Source: Haliotis rufescens
Taxonomy: Eukaryota
Length of the DNA: 64,000 bases
Direction of reading: 5' to 3'
Assembly: GCF_023055435.1 (NCBI RefSeq)
Contig: NW_025963857.1
Coordinates: 31,682,001 to 31,746,000, forward strand
The notes beneath the pieces were generated by a model. That model saw only the letters and a program-made list of their open reading frames with translations. It made no database searches and was not told the DNA's origin. This document shows positions 1 to 14,131 of this stretch, in pieces. How positions within the stretch are numbered: position 1 is the first letter of the stretch; each line of letters begins with the position of its first letter. The translations under genes were made by a program, and so were the position numbers.

Positions 1-355
1 CCTGAGGACTTGAAAATCAGAATGCTTCAAGAATCAGTCAAATACGTGATACCTTCACTAGAATTACCGTTATATTTGCTGATCTTGTTAGTAATAATGA
101 TGTCATTTTTGGTCTATTTGTACCAAATGACGTCATTTGTTAAAACTGGGTTTGTGACACTATTTCCGCTGCTGACGTCACTTCCGGTTGTAACGTAACT
201 TCCGGTTTGTCACTTCCCTTTTATTGGATAATGACGTCTCCTACCAAAAGGTAAATGGACCTTGTACTGCTATTCCCGGTGCTGAGGTCACGTCCGGTTA
301 TGACGTCACTTCCGGTTCTAACTCTTGTCCTTGTTGGAATGAGGCTTGCAGGTTA

Positions 356-2822
356 TTAATAGTCTCCTCGATGGCGTTTATCTGGGTCTGTAGCCGAGAG
401 ATAGAACTTGAGAGCTCTGATCGGACATAAAAGTCTGTCTGGGTGATCCACTGTTGGTCCCAAGGCAGGAATTGTATAGTGTCTATGGCCCAACGGCCCT
501 GTGGTGGAAGATTGATTCTTGGCTACAAAATCTGTGAGCGACCTTAGAGTGATTGAGGTCCAATGTCGACCATGGGTGAGACTAGAATAGTCCATAGCAC
601 GGAGTTCTGAAACTCTAGCTGCTGTCTCCATGGCTAGGAGGAAGGATGCTTTCCTGAATTTTTGAGTTAGGTGGCCTTAGCCATTGGCTCTTAACGTTCT
701 GTTAAAAGTGCCGATCACACAACAGATAGATTCTACTTGGGGAAGATACGAGGTGTGCAAACATCTTCTGGTAGAAAGGATCTCATTAGTCTGTTAAGAA
801 TGGAATGGTTTCCAATTGAGAGTCCATCATGTTGAATCCATAGGGATGGAGATTGTATTAGTTATAATTCCTTGTCGTCTTCTCCACTGGACGAACTTAT
901 CCCATCTGTTGTCATATATAAGGGAGGATGAAGGACTCCATGATCTTGCCACAGCTTCTGTACCTGGATGTCTGCATCTTTTGCGTGATAACTTCCAGAT
1001 GTTAGATGTAGGCTGGGCAGGTTGTCATGGAAAATGTTTGACTTGGGTTGTCGTAACGGATCTCGACAGAGGGGTAATAGACTTATTAATATGGGGAACC
1101 ACACTCTGTTGGGCCAGATTGGTGCTATCAAGATTATTATGCAATCCATCTCCTCCACCTTGTGGATGACCTTGTCTAGGAGACAACATGGTGGGAATGT
1201 GTTTGCAAATAGACCTGTCCAATCCATCGATAGCGCATCGATCTGATGAGCCATTGGATCGGGAACTGGACTGACAAACCGGAAGTTGATGGTTCTGGCA
1301 GGTGGCAAAGAGATCTAGATGCAGCATGTACCATAACGTGGTTATCCAAGCAAAGATCTGGGGATGTAAGATCCATTCTGATGCCACTATTCTCCCCTGG
1401 CGGGAAAGGCTGTGGGCAAGGATGTTCAACTTCCCGGGAATATGTCGCGCGTCCATCTGGCAACTAATGGAGTCCGCCAAGGCAAACAATCGTGTCGTCT
1501 CCATCTTCAGAGAGCTGGATCTGGTCCCTCCTTGTATCTGAATGTATGCCACTATTGTGGTGTTATCCGTGGCTATGAGGATTGATGTTTGGGAGAGACG
1601 TATCTTCAATGCTTGTCTGTAGAGGATGTGACATTAACCTTGCCTAGAAGAGACATACAGCACCTCAGGGATCTGCTAGGTTGACTTGATAGGGATTGAA
1701 TCATCGTTATAGTCTTGACGAATCGATCTTCTGGTGGACATAGATATCCCTTGTGGAGTTGGAAACGCGTTCCGTTGTAAATGATGTCTTGAACTGGAGT
1801 GGTCTCAGACTTGGAGGGATTGACTCGGAAGCCTCGGTGGGTCATAAGCTGGACCAAAAATGGTATGTCCTGGTGTAGCTGAGCTTCTTCTTGGTCTGCA
1901 GCAAGGAAATCGTCCAGGTAACCATGGATTCGTACTAGATGGAGGTGGGCAAACCTGATGACTGGCGCTGTAATCCTGGTAAACAGCCAAGGGGCTATTG
2001 ATATCCCGAATGGTAAGACCTGGAACTCGTAACGTTGGCCATTGATTGCGAAGCGCAGGTATTTCCGTGATGATGGGTGTATCAGGACGTGAAGATAGGC
2101 GTCTTGTAGGTCAAGGCTGATGAGCCAATCTCCTGTCCTAAAAGTCGACCACAACTTCCCTACTGATTCCATCTAGAACTTTAGAGGAGGTACCTGGAAA
2201 TTCTTATTGAGGATCTTTAAGTTGATGATCATCCTCATGTTGGGCGAATTCTTTTTCAGAATACTGGAGAATAAAAACCTTTGGTGTTGTTGGTCTCAGA
2301 TAGTTTCTGAATGGCTCACTTCTTTAGTAGCTTCCTGACGGGCAGATCCGCTGCTGCTAGCTTGACTCCGACTAGACGAAATCGGCTTGAGATTTCAGGA
2401 TGGGATGCTTCTTGAAATGCAATTTGTATTCATGAGCCATGACGTCTAAGACCCAGCGGTTGTGCGTAATCTGCTTCCAATTTTCGGCATATGACAGAAG
2501 ACAGCCCTCCCACTGGCCCCGGCGTCGGCATTATGTTGAAAAACGGTAGGCGTAAATCCCAGTCCATAGACGTGACAAGGTCGCAAGTGTCTATAATGGC
2601 GGAATGGGTGGCAATGAAGTCAGAACTTGCGTTCACCTCTGCCCCCGGATCTGCCACGCCGATAGGATCCTCGTTTCTTGTAGTCGGACTGACGAAAAGA
2701 CTCCTGAGATGACTGACGCTTGTTGTACCCCCGACTCAGTTGGAATGAATCCTACCCGGAGGGGACAAACTTCTTCTTAGGTGGTTGTTTATATGAAGAG
2801 TCCTTCTGATCCCAGGAACGCT
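356..2822 (-). mobile_element. Degenerate DIRS1-type retrotransposon fragment (gag tail, RT, RNase H, methyltransferase-like, partial tyrosine recombinase)
   Basis: RT LDLQDAYLHV, LPFG, YLDD (1606-2172); RNase H TDNTT..AYI...GGTRS, HIPGKLN (1025-1609); MT-like DALSMDW...FPP...IAPIWP...WFP (862-1308); YR TAARVSEL, FVAKNQ, LCPIRALKFY (356-631). Overlapping frames, stops and frameshifts; no terminal repeats seen. Confidence 0.92.
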
Positions 2823-2825
2823 TGG

Positions 2826-3496
2826 ATGGTTCTGTATGCATGACCATATGGTATGTATGGTATGTAGGTTCCGTATGCATATGTGAGGTGAAATGGGGTT
2901 TAACATCGCGTCCAAGATTATTGCACTTATATAGCGACGTACATGTACGTGTGTGTGTTTGTGTGGCTGCTTGTACTAGTTCGGACTGATGCCGATTTAT
3001 AGTGCTAGCTCACTGAGATATCATGCCGCAGTTTAACATGAATACCCCACTCAGATACAGTATACTGACTCCGAGCCGACCAGTCCTTGTTTTAGCCCCT
3101 TAATGCCGAGCGCCAGACAGGGTAACAACAAGTACCATCATTTAACGTCTTTTGGTATGACGCGGCCGGGGATCGAACCCCGGACCTTCAGCTCTCCGGG
3201 CGGACGCTCTACCACTAGACCACGGAGGCGGTCCTTTATGCATATGATATGTGTGATGTGGTATGTAGGTTCTGTATGCATACATATATATACATATATA
3301 TTTACATATACATATATATACATCTATATATCTATATCTATATATATGGATGGTATGTAGGTTCTGTATGCATGTACATATGCTATGTAGGTTCTGTATG
3401 CAGTGTGCAAAGCAGTGCAGTGTACATATGATATATTCTGTATGCATGTAATATATGTATGATATATATGTTATATATATATGTATGATATATATG

Positions 3497-3531
<35 letters not shown>

Positions 3532-4320
3532 CTGTATGCATGCATGTATGATATATATGGTATGTAGGTTCTGTATGCAGTGTACATATGATATGTGTGG
3601 TATGTAGGTTCTGTATGCATGTACATATGATGTGTGATGTTGTATGTGCATATATATATGATATGTATGGTATGTAGGTTCTGTATGCATGGCCATATAT
3701 GTGTGGCATGTTAGTTCTGTATGCATGTACATATGATGTGTGATGTAGTATGTAGGTTTTGTATGCATATATATATATGATATGTGTGGTATGTAGGTTC
3801 TGTATGCATATATATATAATATGTGTGGTGTTTAAGTTCTGTATGCATGACCATATATGTGTGGTGTGTAAGTTCTGTATGCATGCAAATATGATTTGTA
3901 TGGTATGTGGGTTCTGTATGCAGTGTACATATGATGTGTGATGTAGTATGTAGGTCCTGTATGCAGCGTACATATGATGTTTGATGTAGGTCCTGTATGC
4001 AGTGTACATATGATGTGTGATGTAGTATGTAGGTCCTGTATGCAGTGTACATATGATGTGATGTAGTATGTAGGTCCTGTATGCAGTGTACATATGATGT
4101 GTGATGTAGTATGTAGGTCCTGTATGCAGTGTACATATGATGTGTGATGTAGTATGTAGGTCCTGTATGCAGTGTACATATGATGTGTGATGTAGTATGT
4201 AGGTCCTGTATGCAGTGTACATATGATAATTATGTGTGATGTAGTATGTAGGTTCTGTATGCATATATATATGACATGTGAGGAAAATAGGTTCTGTATG
4301 CATGACCATATGAAATATGT
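2826..4320. repeat. Minisatellite of about 38-43 bp with (TA)n tracts, interrupted by SINE A
   Basis: Unit ATATGATGTGTGATGTAGTATGTAGGTCCTGTATGCAGTGTAC (43 bp period around 4081-4220). Confidence 0.92.
2884..3233 (-). mobile_element. tRNA-derived SINE family A (Meta-domain-like), full length
   Basis: A box GTGGTCTAGTGG, B box GGTTCGATCCC, then CATACCAAAAGACGTTAAA..GGTA core; possible TSD TATGCATATG; further copies at 50921 and 24739. Confidence 0.85.
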
Positions 4321-4640
4321 GGTGTGTAAGGTCTGTGTGTAAAGTGTGGATAGTATGGTAAAGTATGTATGGTATGGTCAATTATATATGGGAAAATATA
4401 CATAGAAAAGTAAGGGTGTTATGTATAGTGTTTGTATTGTATGCCTGGTTTGGATACAATGTATATTTTTGTACATGTATGTTTGTACAAGTGAGTGTGT
4501 GTTTGGAACATGTTTGTATGTATGTGTGTGTAGAACATGTATGGTTGCATGTATGGAAGATTCGATTATGTATTGTATGCATGTATGGTTGAGTGTGCCA
4601 ATCCTGTATGTATGGTGGGTATGTGTATGTATGGTATGGG

Positions 4641-4934
4641 TGATTGATTGATTGATTGATTGATTGAGTTGGGTTTAACACCACTTTAAACAGTATTCCA
4701 GTCAATCATGGCGTGTCAGCTTAATGTGGGAGGAAAGCCCGAAGTGATGCTGGTCCCAGACATTTACCACTTTGGTGAATCCCACAAGCACGGGTATGGT
4801 GCTGACAAACCTAGAAACACAATCGTGGCTAACTGGGATTCGAACCCACAATCATAGGTTTCTGGCGTGCCCGAGAGACACAACTCTGCACAGCAAATCG
4901 CGGCGCCTTAGATGACTGAGCCACCCGTGACCCC
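4641..4934 (-). mobile_element. tRNA-derived SINE family C
   Basis: A box TGGCTCAGTC, B box GGGTTCGAATCCC with a long spacer, (CAAT)n tail, TSD ATGGTATG; further copies at 39400 and 40995. Confidence 0.8.
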
Positions 4935-5439
4935 TGTAATGGTATGCCTAGCTTTGTCTGAGATATGGGTATGTCAGACTTTATGACATGGGACATATTT
5001 TATAAATGGGACATATTTCTTTGAGTATCATGATAGATTTATACTTGTCCTGAGATTTCAATTAACATTTTATTAATTATTTCAGTGTTGTACTTTAATG
5101 AAAACTGCTGTCTCAGGCACTGGGTGATACCCACCCACTGCCATGAATCTACATACTGAATAGCATATGACATCTGAATCAACAATTTGTCTTCTTCTTC
5201 TTCTTCTGTTGACCAGGGTAAAAATGTAGAACCATGCATTATGGCTTTGATATCAATATCAATATGCATTATTAATTAGCTGTTAACAAATCAACAAGTA
5301 TATAACCTTAACAGTTGACATGACTGGGATAAATGACAGGTTGGCAAAGGCATTTTCTTTTTCACTGACAGAAACAAAAATATTCTGTAAATGCTGTTTT
5401 ACGACATTGACAATGACCTTTGGCAACCAACCTAAATAC

Positions 5440-6330
5440 TTGTTAATCTTATAATAAGACCATTTTATTGTGTTCAGTCTCCTTCAAGCAGTCTTCACTG
5501 GTGCTATGACGTGATCCTTCAAGTTGAAATGGGCTCATTGTTAGTTAACAGATGTAAGTCTATCAGAGCCCGATAAGGACAAAAAGGTTTGTGCTGAAGG
5601 AGTTCAAAGCACAGGCACACTATTCTGATGGTAAGAGCACACTTTTTCTCAGCTTCCTATGTCTCTTAGTCATATTTTCACCTCAAAAGTAATTTGCTGT
5701 TTATTGTCTGGCCTTTTGGAAGATGATGACACCCTCAGCTTCCCAGAACATGGAGGCCATAACCTTTCCAACTAATAGGACAGTCTTTGATTTCTTTGGT
5801 CATGGTGAAGTGAATTACTTCCAGTTTTGACTATTATTTTGACTCATAGTAACAAATTGTTGTAAGAACCTTTCTGGATCAGCTTCAAACAGGGCTAGAT
5901 TATCATGAGATTTCTTGTGCCAGGTGAGGTGTTTTTTTTATCAGATTTCAGAATCGTTTAAACCCAACAAGCTTATACTTTTTTCATTGCCAAAGTTTCT
6001 GTGATAATGGAATGTATTCCCCCCTGAGAAATAGCTACTGAAGTAGCAACAATACACTCAGTTATTCGCGAGTCGGTCATCACCATATTGTTTATTCCCT
6101 TGATCATTTCTGGTGTTGCCGACGTCACAGGCCTTCCAGAATACTGTTGTCTTCAAGGCTCTCCCTACCACCTTAAACTCCGTTGCCCACCTTTCACAGC
6201 GGCATAGGAAGGGGCATAAATCCCATGTTGTAGACACATCTTCGTGGATGGCTTTAGGTGTTAAGCTCTTTTTCTTAAATAGTTGATCACTGCATGTTCC
6301 TCAAGTATGTCGATTTTCCAAAGGTCACAG
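5440..6330 (-). mobile_element. Decayed Tc1/mariner transposase relic
   Basis: Broken minus-strand translation: HAVINYL, LTPKAIHED, RWATEFK, SGRPVTSAT, KKV*ACWV*, GKVMASMFWEAEGVI, KRHRKLRKSVL; many stops and frameshifts. Confidence 0.8.
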
Positions 6331-9300
6331 TATCCTGTTATTTTATTCATTTTTCACTGCAAAGGGATTTGCTCAATTAACCCATGTTTTTGTGGATATA
6401 CCTCTATGACATCATGTAATGTCAACAACAAAGGTTTCACTATTACACAACTCCTTCTATGTGAGCCTCAGAACAATCAATCATTGTACAGTGGCCTGTA
6501 CTTTGTCTGATTACATGCAGGCTGTGTTATGATACATGTATCCTTTTCAGCTATTATATATCATAACTGTCATGTATAGTGTGTGAAATAGTCTCAAAAT
6601 ATTGCTGGCCAGGTGGGTTATCTAGCCTTAAAAGTTATAAGCCAGTTTCAAATTTCAATAGCATAGTTGGTTAAAACAATAAAACCACTCAATCAAGATA
6701 AAAATGATAACTCTAATCTTGCAACATCAATTTGTTATGGATATTAAAAATATTGTAAAACATATTTGATTGTCGTATTGATCTACAGAAACGGGAGAAC
6801 GTTTGTATATTTTTTATCAACTAAGATAATTGTGTGCATAAAACCATCACCATTAAAATCAGTAAACAGTCCCAGTCAGGCTTCATCTTCCTGAGGCAAG
6901 AGCGTTAACGGACTATAAAAGACCAGTTTCCACCTTTGCCGAACTAGGCTGGAATTTCTCACATATTTTGGCTCCCCTAACGAGTTAAATGTGTAGTCCC
7001 ATCAAAATTGCGTAACGGAATCAACATCTGGTTTGTAAAGAACATGGCAACTGCTATGCAGCTTTAGGTCTATTGCATGACTTACAAAGCATGTGTACCA
7101 TCAGCTGGGCATGGACAGATATTTTCAAAGCCTTTTCATGTTTTATCAACTTGCTCAAGTGATTTGACACAAGTGAGGTAAGCCCTGTTTAATTACAAAA
7201 TAGATCTAGATTCTTGATCAGATCATCTTGACTGGGTGCCATTTTGTTTAAAGCAAATGCAGGTCATAGAGGTGTGGAATTTGATTTCCTCCGGTCAATA
7301 TGAGGGGCATAGAAGGGACATAACTTGTAATAACCACTGGTGGCACAACGATCAAACCATGCAATTCCAGCTTAATTTAGCAAGAGTGGAAACTGGAAAC
7401 TGGGAGTCAGTTAACTGCCTTGCCTCGTGAAGATTGTTGTGCTTGGGACATTTCAAAACCTTTAGCCCGACCAAAATTTGTAGCCTTTATATTGAGGTTA
7501 GTATAAAGGGTATCTGTGATTTGTTGCAAGGTGAACCAGATGTGATGATTTCAAATACAAATCCCAATCTTCAGGAGGAATAGTGACGGTCACAATATTC
7601 ATTTTACTAGGCTGGTAGAATACGCACTTAAATATTAAAGACAGTGATAAAACAGACAACAATTTCAGTTAAAACACAGTTTATTTTTCATGAAGGTATT
7701 TATTGATGTTTAGAGACGTGTGACACATTAGAAAACAAACACAGTAGTTATGAAAATGGTTTGGGGAAAATGCCCAATGATGCAAGCTATACATTTAGCT
7801 GATAAGGCCACTCTCTGGTAGAACTGTGGAACAAATTCCTATTTTAGTTAACAAGATGTCCAGTTAAAGCTTCCACTAAAGCTGATCGTCTGGCCTGTTT
7901 ACCAGGACATGTCCAGGCTCATCTCACTCATGCAAGCAAGGAGACAACATGGCTATATCATGAACACTTTTATTGAAGTGTTATGGATTGAGACGTGAAG
8001 AAAAAGCTGGCTATCAGTTTCCATGTATAAGCATTATGTATACCACACAAATAAAGGTAGTAGAAAGTAATAAAACATATCTTTGGAAGTGAGAGAATCA
8101 CAGGATAGAGCTAACATACGCTTGGCTCCATCATTATTGGTCTGTAGGACATGTGTCAAAAATCAAATTTTTTACTCTGATAAGATAAGTCTCTGGGCAC
8201 ATCTCTGCAGGAGGTGAACTTTCTAATCAGCCTATCAGCTTTCAGCTTCTGAATTTGTGGTACATTTGAGCGAAGCATTTAGACCAGCATATCTGATTTC
8301 TGTTCATCAAGAAGGAAGTTAAATGGGGAGCTCCAAATGCAAACATAAATAAAGCTGTGGATATATAATACATCATGTCACTCCCAAATGTCATGTCTTT
8401 TACACCCAAAAGGCCAAAAGGGTGTACTATCAAGTGAACATTTGTTGGGGTTTCTTTGGAACACCTAATTATTTTTTAAAGCTGACTGGCTGAAGAACCC
8501 ATACATTCTTCATTTAGATTGGACATTCAAAGTTAGCTTAGTGTTCACCTAAGATGACCCTCCATGAAGGTATCTCATCATTGTAAACGATCTGATTTTA
8601 ATGAGACTGCTATCTGTCCACCTGTCCCTCAATACAATGTCTGTATAGTTTCACCACTTCTGCATAGGACACATAGTAGATAAATAAATTTCTGAAACAA
8701 CGAAAGGAGTGAATGGATGTTCATACTTTACGTCATGGTACTCGTATGAGGTATTGTATCATATAAAAAGATACACAGTCGAAGTGGCAAATCAAGGGAC
8801 TGAGCTGAAGGTACCGTATCTATTTCTCCCGACATCGGTGTTTCCAACTTTCTGATCACATACTACACGTCAAATATCAGACTTATACACAGCAACAAAG
8901 TTAAATTACAACATGAGGAAAAGATACATAATAATTGTACCTGATTAAAAACAACTTCAATGATTTATTCATCAGAAAAATAAATAAATTTGGTAAAACA
9001 ACAAATGGTGGCCATCATATTTGAAATTATTTTTCTAGTTCACACCATTTTCCAAAATGCTATTCTATTAATGAGTTGTTTTCACTTTTAGTCTGGATGA
9101 GGAAAGATTGCTGATACCAATCATTGTCAGGGAGGTACATATGCAGTCCCTGAAATACAATAGTCAATTTAGCTGTCACATCCAGGAACAGGGCGATTGT
9201 ATTATTTCCTTTCTACTGTAGTTAATTTATAAAACTGCCTACATAAAAAGACTCACGGATGTTCTTCTTACATTTTTTTTCAACTAACACATTTCTAGTT

Positions 9301-9569
9301 GCCCATTTTTAAATGATGATAAATAAAGGACATAGTCAGGGTCAAACAAAGATCTATTGATCTGTTTTTTGGTTTGTTTACTACTTCACAAGATTCATCT
9401 GTAGACACATGGGACAAAGAATAACTCTAAATATAAAATTTCTCAAAGGGAGGACAAATGTTTTTGAGGAGTTAAATAAATAAATAAATAAAGTCAGTAA
9501 GTTTTGTGTTTTCGTGTTTCATACCCTGCTTTGTTATCTTGATATCCTAGTATATCACTTTATTGTATT

Positions 9570-9765
9570 TAAAAGGCGACTAACAGGATCGGGTGGTCAG
9601 GCTCGCTGACTTGGTTGATGCACGTCATCGATCCCAATTGCGTGGATCGATGCTCATGATATTAATAACTGGATTGTCTGGTCCAGACTCGATTGTTTAC
9701 AGACCGCCGTCATATAGCTGGAATATTGCTGAGTGCGGCGTTAAACAACAAAGCAACCAACCAAC
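9570..9765 (+). mobile_element. SINE-like family B copy, 5'-truncated
   Basis: AAAAGGCGACTAAC...GGATTGTCTGGTCCAGACTCG...GCTGAGTGCGGCGTTAAACAAC with CAAC tail; TSD TATTGTAT (9561/9768). Confidence 0.85.
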
Positions 9766-12700
9766 TATATTGTATCAGAGAGTATTGTTACAATCACAAT
9801 CACCAGCAAATTCCCTGGAATCCCGGGCTTCATATACACAAGGATTGTGTATAATGAAAAAATGCTTTCTTCCTCAAAGAAGAGATTCAAAGAGTACATG
9901 TTGAATCTTCATATTTTTAAAGAAAATGTTGTGTAAACCTTTTATGAAAGATATTTAGCATGAAATTTCTTAGATCTAATATGATAATAAAAACCAGATA
10001 TCTCTATCACTCTAAGCATTGCGAAGCCCCAAAGATATCCACATAATACAGTGTCTTATATAATGGAATGCCATCAGTTCACACAGACAAACAACTGTAC
10101 CCATCATTCAGTCATGCAGTTCAAATGGCATGACAGTCATGACAAGTCACACATACAAAACCTGGCAACAAATAAGTAACTAATTTCAGGTTTCTTCCAT
10201 TGACACACTTTTTCAAGCTTTTCTATCAATCCAATCTACCCAATCTATCACAAGGAACAGCTGTCTTGATGAAACAGTCATCTTCATTCTGTATAATCAT
10301 TTTGTACCCAATACACTACAACAGAGTTTGTTAACATTGTTACCTGTCGCAACCACTGTAGAAGCAATGAAAAAGATTGGTAATATATATTTAATTTAAT
10401 TTATATATATTATAAATTCATTGACAGAATGTAAGTAAGACAATGATGAATAAGATATATAACATATACTTGGTTAGAGTAGTTAAATGCATCAAAACAG
10501 GATAATACCATATAGCCTTAAGTAGTAGATAACAACATAAATAACAACTATCATTTGAGCCTACAAGTATCTTAGAGAGAAAAATATTTTACTGGTAAAT
10601 ACATCTTCAAATGCTAATAAAAATAATGCTTCGCCTGTTTATTTACATTTTAAGTAATGAAATCATGACACCTTTTGACTTAGATGAGACAAAAATACAA
10701 AGTACACTGGCTATACATGTCTATTCTTGAGGTTTATGTCAAGAGAAGTATATTCATGTAAAAAGCTGTTGATGTCAGTTAAATTCCCATTTTTCCTTCA
10801 TAAAAGCAGCTTTTTCCAAGAGCATCACACATACTCATTTAAGTTTGGAATCGCAGCCTTCTGGAACCTGTCAGGAACCTTCATGAATAATTCAAGAACC
10901 ATGAGTTTGCTGCAGTTTAAGCACATATCCAAAGCTGGTTGCTCTCGGGTATTTCGTTTAAACAAATCAGAGACAGAGTGCAGTACCACAGCTAGTGTTC
11001 CAAGAGCACATAGCCACTTTCGAAATGTGACCCTTGCCAACTGTCAGCAAGTACCAACAAATCACACGATGAGTATACAGCTCTACAATGACAATCTAGA
11101 CCGCTGATGTAGTGTGTCACACCTACAGGACAAATGGTTCACATGGCTACCAAAAGGAACTGTCGCAAAAGATCACAGTCAACAGCCAGAAATAGTTTCT
11201 CTAATTTAGTGTATGGGTAGTTGAAAGGTTTCATTAATCTCATTTTGCATGCAAATTTATTTGATCATGTTTTTGAAAAGTATGTTTTCTAGTTTCATGT
11301 CTCTTTCCCAGTAAACTCTGTCTCGTAAAGGACAATATTACAAGTTGAATTCCTTGAAAAATATTGTTGATAATGCATAATTCCGGTACCAATGTGTTGC
11401 ACAGAACCTTTACGATTGGTTTGAATGTGTGTACACCAACTATAGAGTTCACTTATTATGCTGCATTGGTATCGCTAATCTATGGTTGTTTTCATCTACC
11501 AGTATCAAGGTGACAAAACAGTGAACAGTCATTTGATCATCAGAATAAGTAGTTCCATTCTCTGCAATTCTTACAATTTGCCATGAAATGTTTATGTAGG
11601 ACTTTCAAACTAAAACTGAGTAGAAGACAGGAGCTTTCTTATTATTTCTTAATAAAGCAGTTGAATGAGAATGTTTGAGACAATCCATAAGACCTTTCAC
11701 AAAGCCATATCTGTGTACTAAAATGAAAGTTGACACTCTGAGATAGAAAAATAGTATTGGCATTTGCATCTCCATTGTTAAGGAATGATAACATACAAAT
11801 GTACAGAAAATAGTCAAAATATCTAAATAGAAATGTCTGTGACAGAAACTACCAAAGAAGTATTAAAAGATAATTTGTCATCTATCTTATGAAAAGTATT
11901 GTTTTTGTATGAATACTCACAGAACAAACACATGCTTTAAAGAACATGTGAAAGGGTATTAAAAATTCTAATAAATATCAATGATTCAACCATTGGACTA
12001 TTTGTTATGCAAATATTTTCAAAGAACCTTTAGATATTGAAGAAAACATACTGTTTAAAAATTGTCAGCCAAAGACTAAACACATGTTTTTCAAAAATCA
12101 ACTATTACATTTTGAAGTAAAATATCAGTTGGCATAATGTACAATGTCCTGACCTAGTGCACTACCTACTAAATGCTCTTTGTCCTGTACACAGGATTTC
12201 TAAATGTGACTTAGCTAACTTGCTTAGCATCAACTAAACAACTATCTGCCTGGTTACATTCTCATAAAAAATGTTAACATTTATAGAACCTTTTTGAATC
12301 TCACATGAAAATATATCATGGAAAAGAGCTGTATCAACAATCATATATCACATAAAAAAGTATATCATAAAAAAATAGAGCCACAAGGCTCTGTAGCTCA
12401 ACGGTTAATGTTAGATGAAATGAACACCATTTACATTGACAAACTTCAAGCAAGGGTAGAAAAAAGGTACAACTTAACATAAACTATACCACATATATAA
12501 AGGAGATTGGGGTGTGGGATCACAAGGACTAGGGGAATTTTCCTCGGCAATTATAACAATTCATTCTGCATATATGTCACCATATTTCAACTTTTTTTGC
12601 AATAAAGGGAAAAAAACAAACAAAATCCAACATCAAGTATTTCCTTTTTTGTTGATGGATGATTATGTTGAACACAGATTGAAAGCACTCTTTAGTGATG

Positions 12701-14022
12701 CTCAAGAAATATGTCAAATTAAAAACGTACACCTAAAAAGATGAAAAGGGTTTCAGATTTGAATTCAACTGTCAAAGATACTGAAATCAGATCAAATTTT
12801 TGAGCGCATCTTGATGAAACCATTGGTGGGATATCCAGTGTAAGGTTGAGCAGCGTATTACCAATGGTACAAAGGAATGTTGAAAGTGTAAACTTTTTTG
12901 ACGAACGACTCTCCATAACGAGCACACTTGGACTTTGTACCAGGTGAGCTGATAAATCCATACACACACATTTCAGTGCAGTGAACAAAATAAAGAAATA
13001 AAAATAAATATTATCAAACGTTGCCTGCTGATACAATCAACAGTTCTAGGGCCAGCCACCTGTGCAACATAACTAGTAAAACAGACCAGCTTTTTAGAAT
13101 GGTCATTACTGATTTAGTAGTATTTATCTCTGAAAAAAATTATACAACATGAGCGATATTTTAAAATAACAAACAATGTACACATCTTTGGAAAAAAACA
13201 AAAAATATGTACCTTTTGAAGTCTGTTTCAAAATACTTTATCCTGATGGCACTAAACTGGGAAAGTAATATCCTGATGAATTGTAAACACCATTTGCTAC
13301 TTTGAAAGATAAATGTGCAACATTTGCATTATTATTGAGCACATATTATGCAAACCGTTCAGGTTCTCAAGACATTTTCCTGTAGAAGGCAGGGGTAGAA
13401 TCGAATGCATCTCTCTGTAAACTAACACCCACACAGTCTTAATAAATATGTAGATCTTTCCTTTGCAGTATTTTTTACTAACACACCTGTATTAATATAC
13501 ACACCCTATACTGATAATGTTGTAAGCTTACAGTTTTTTTAACAGTAGTACACACCACTGGGTAAAATGTATTTGAGCTCAGGTTAACTGTCTTGAGTAG
13601 CATCGGATATTGTTGAATCAATCTCCTGAAATAAAGGGGAGAGAATACCTGAAGTTTTTCAGTTGCCAGCCACTACAAATTCTACATACATGGCATTTTG
13701 ACTGTGTGAAAACCTATTTGAGTATTCAGGGACTATTTTGTTATGGCATAAGTAAAGAACTAAGAACTGAGCAAAGGAATATAATAAACGCATGACATGC
13801 AGAGTATTTAGCTGTTGCATTGATGAAACTACAGGGTAAGAACCCAACACAAGAGAGCTTCAGAAAGATCTGATCTGAGAGTCAATCTACTGTTTACCAT
13901 TGGGTGATAAAGCAGTGGTGGAGGGGTGCTTGTAATGACTTTGTGTTGAGTTCCATCCGAACGCAAACATCTGAGTAGAAATTGGTAGTAAACTAATATA
14001 AAGCCATTTGTAATATTTACCA

Positions 14023-14131
14023 GGACCCCATTCCACAAAGTGTATGTTGTGCTACAACGGTCGTAAGTCTATGTTAAAGTATGGGAGTTACGATCGTCTT
14101 AGCACTGTGATGACTTTGTGAAACAGGACCC
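14023..14131. mobile_element. Small MITE
   Basis: Imperfect TIRs GGACCCCATTCCACAAAG / CTTTGTGAAACAGGACCC around a partly palindromic core. Confidence 0.6.

Noticed and set aside
3160-3233. tRNA gene
   Set aside because: tRNA-like head continuous with a multi-copy SINE body (also at 50921); not a stand-alone tRNA
3103-4705. Long His/Tyr/Ile-rich ORFs (up to 294 aa)
   Set aside because: Artefacts of the TA/TG minisatellite and SINE
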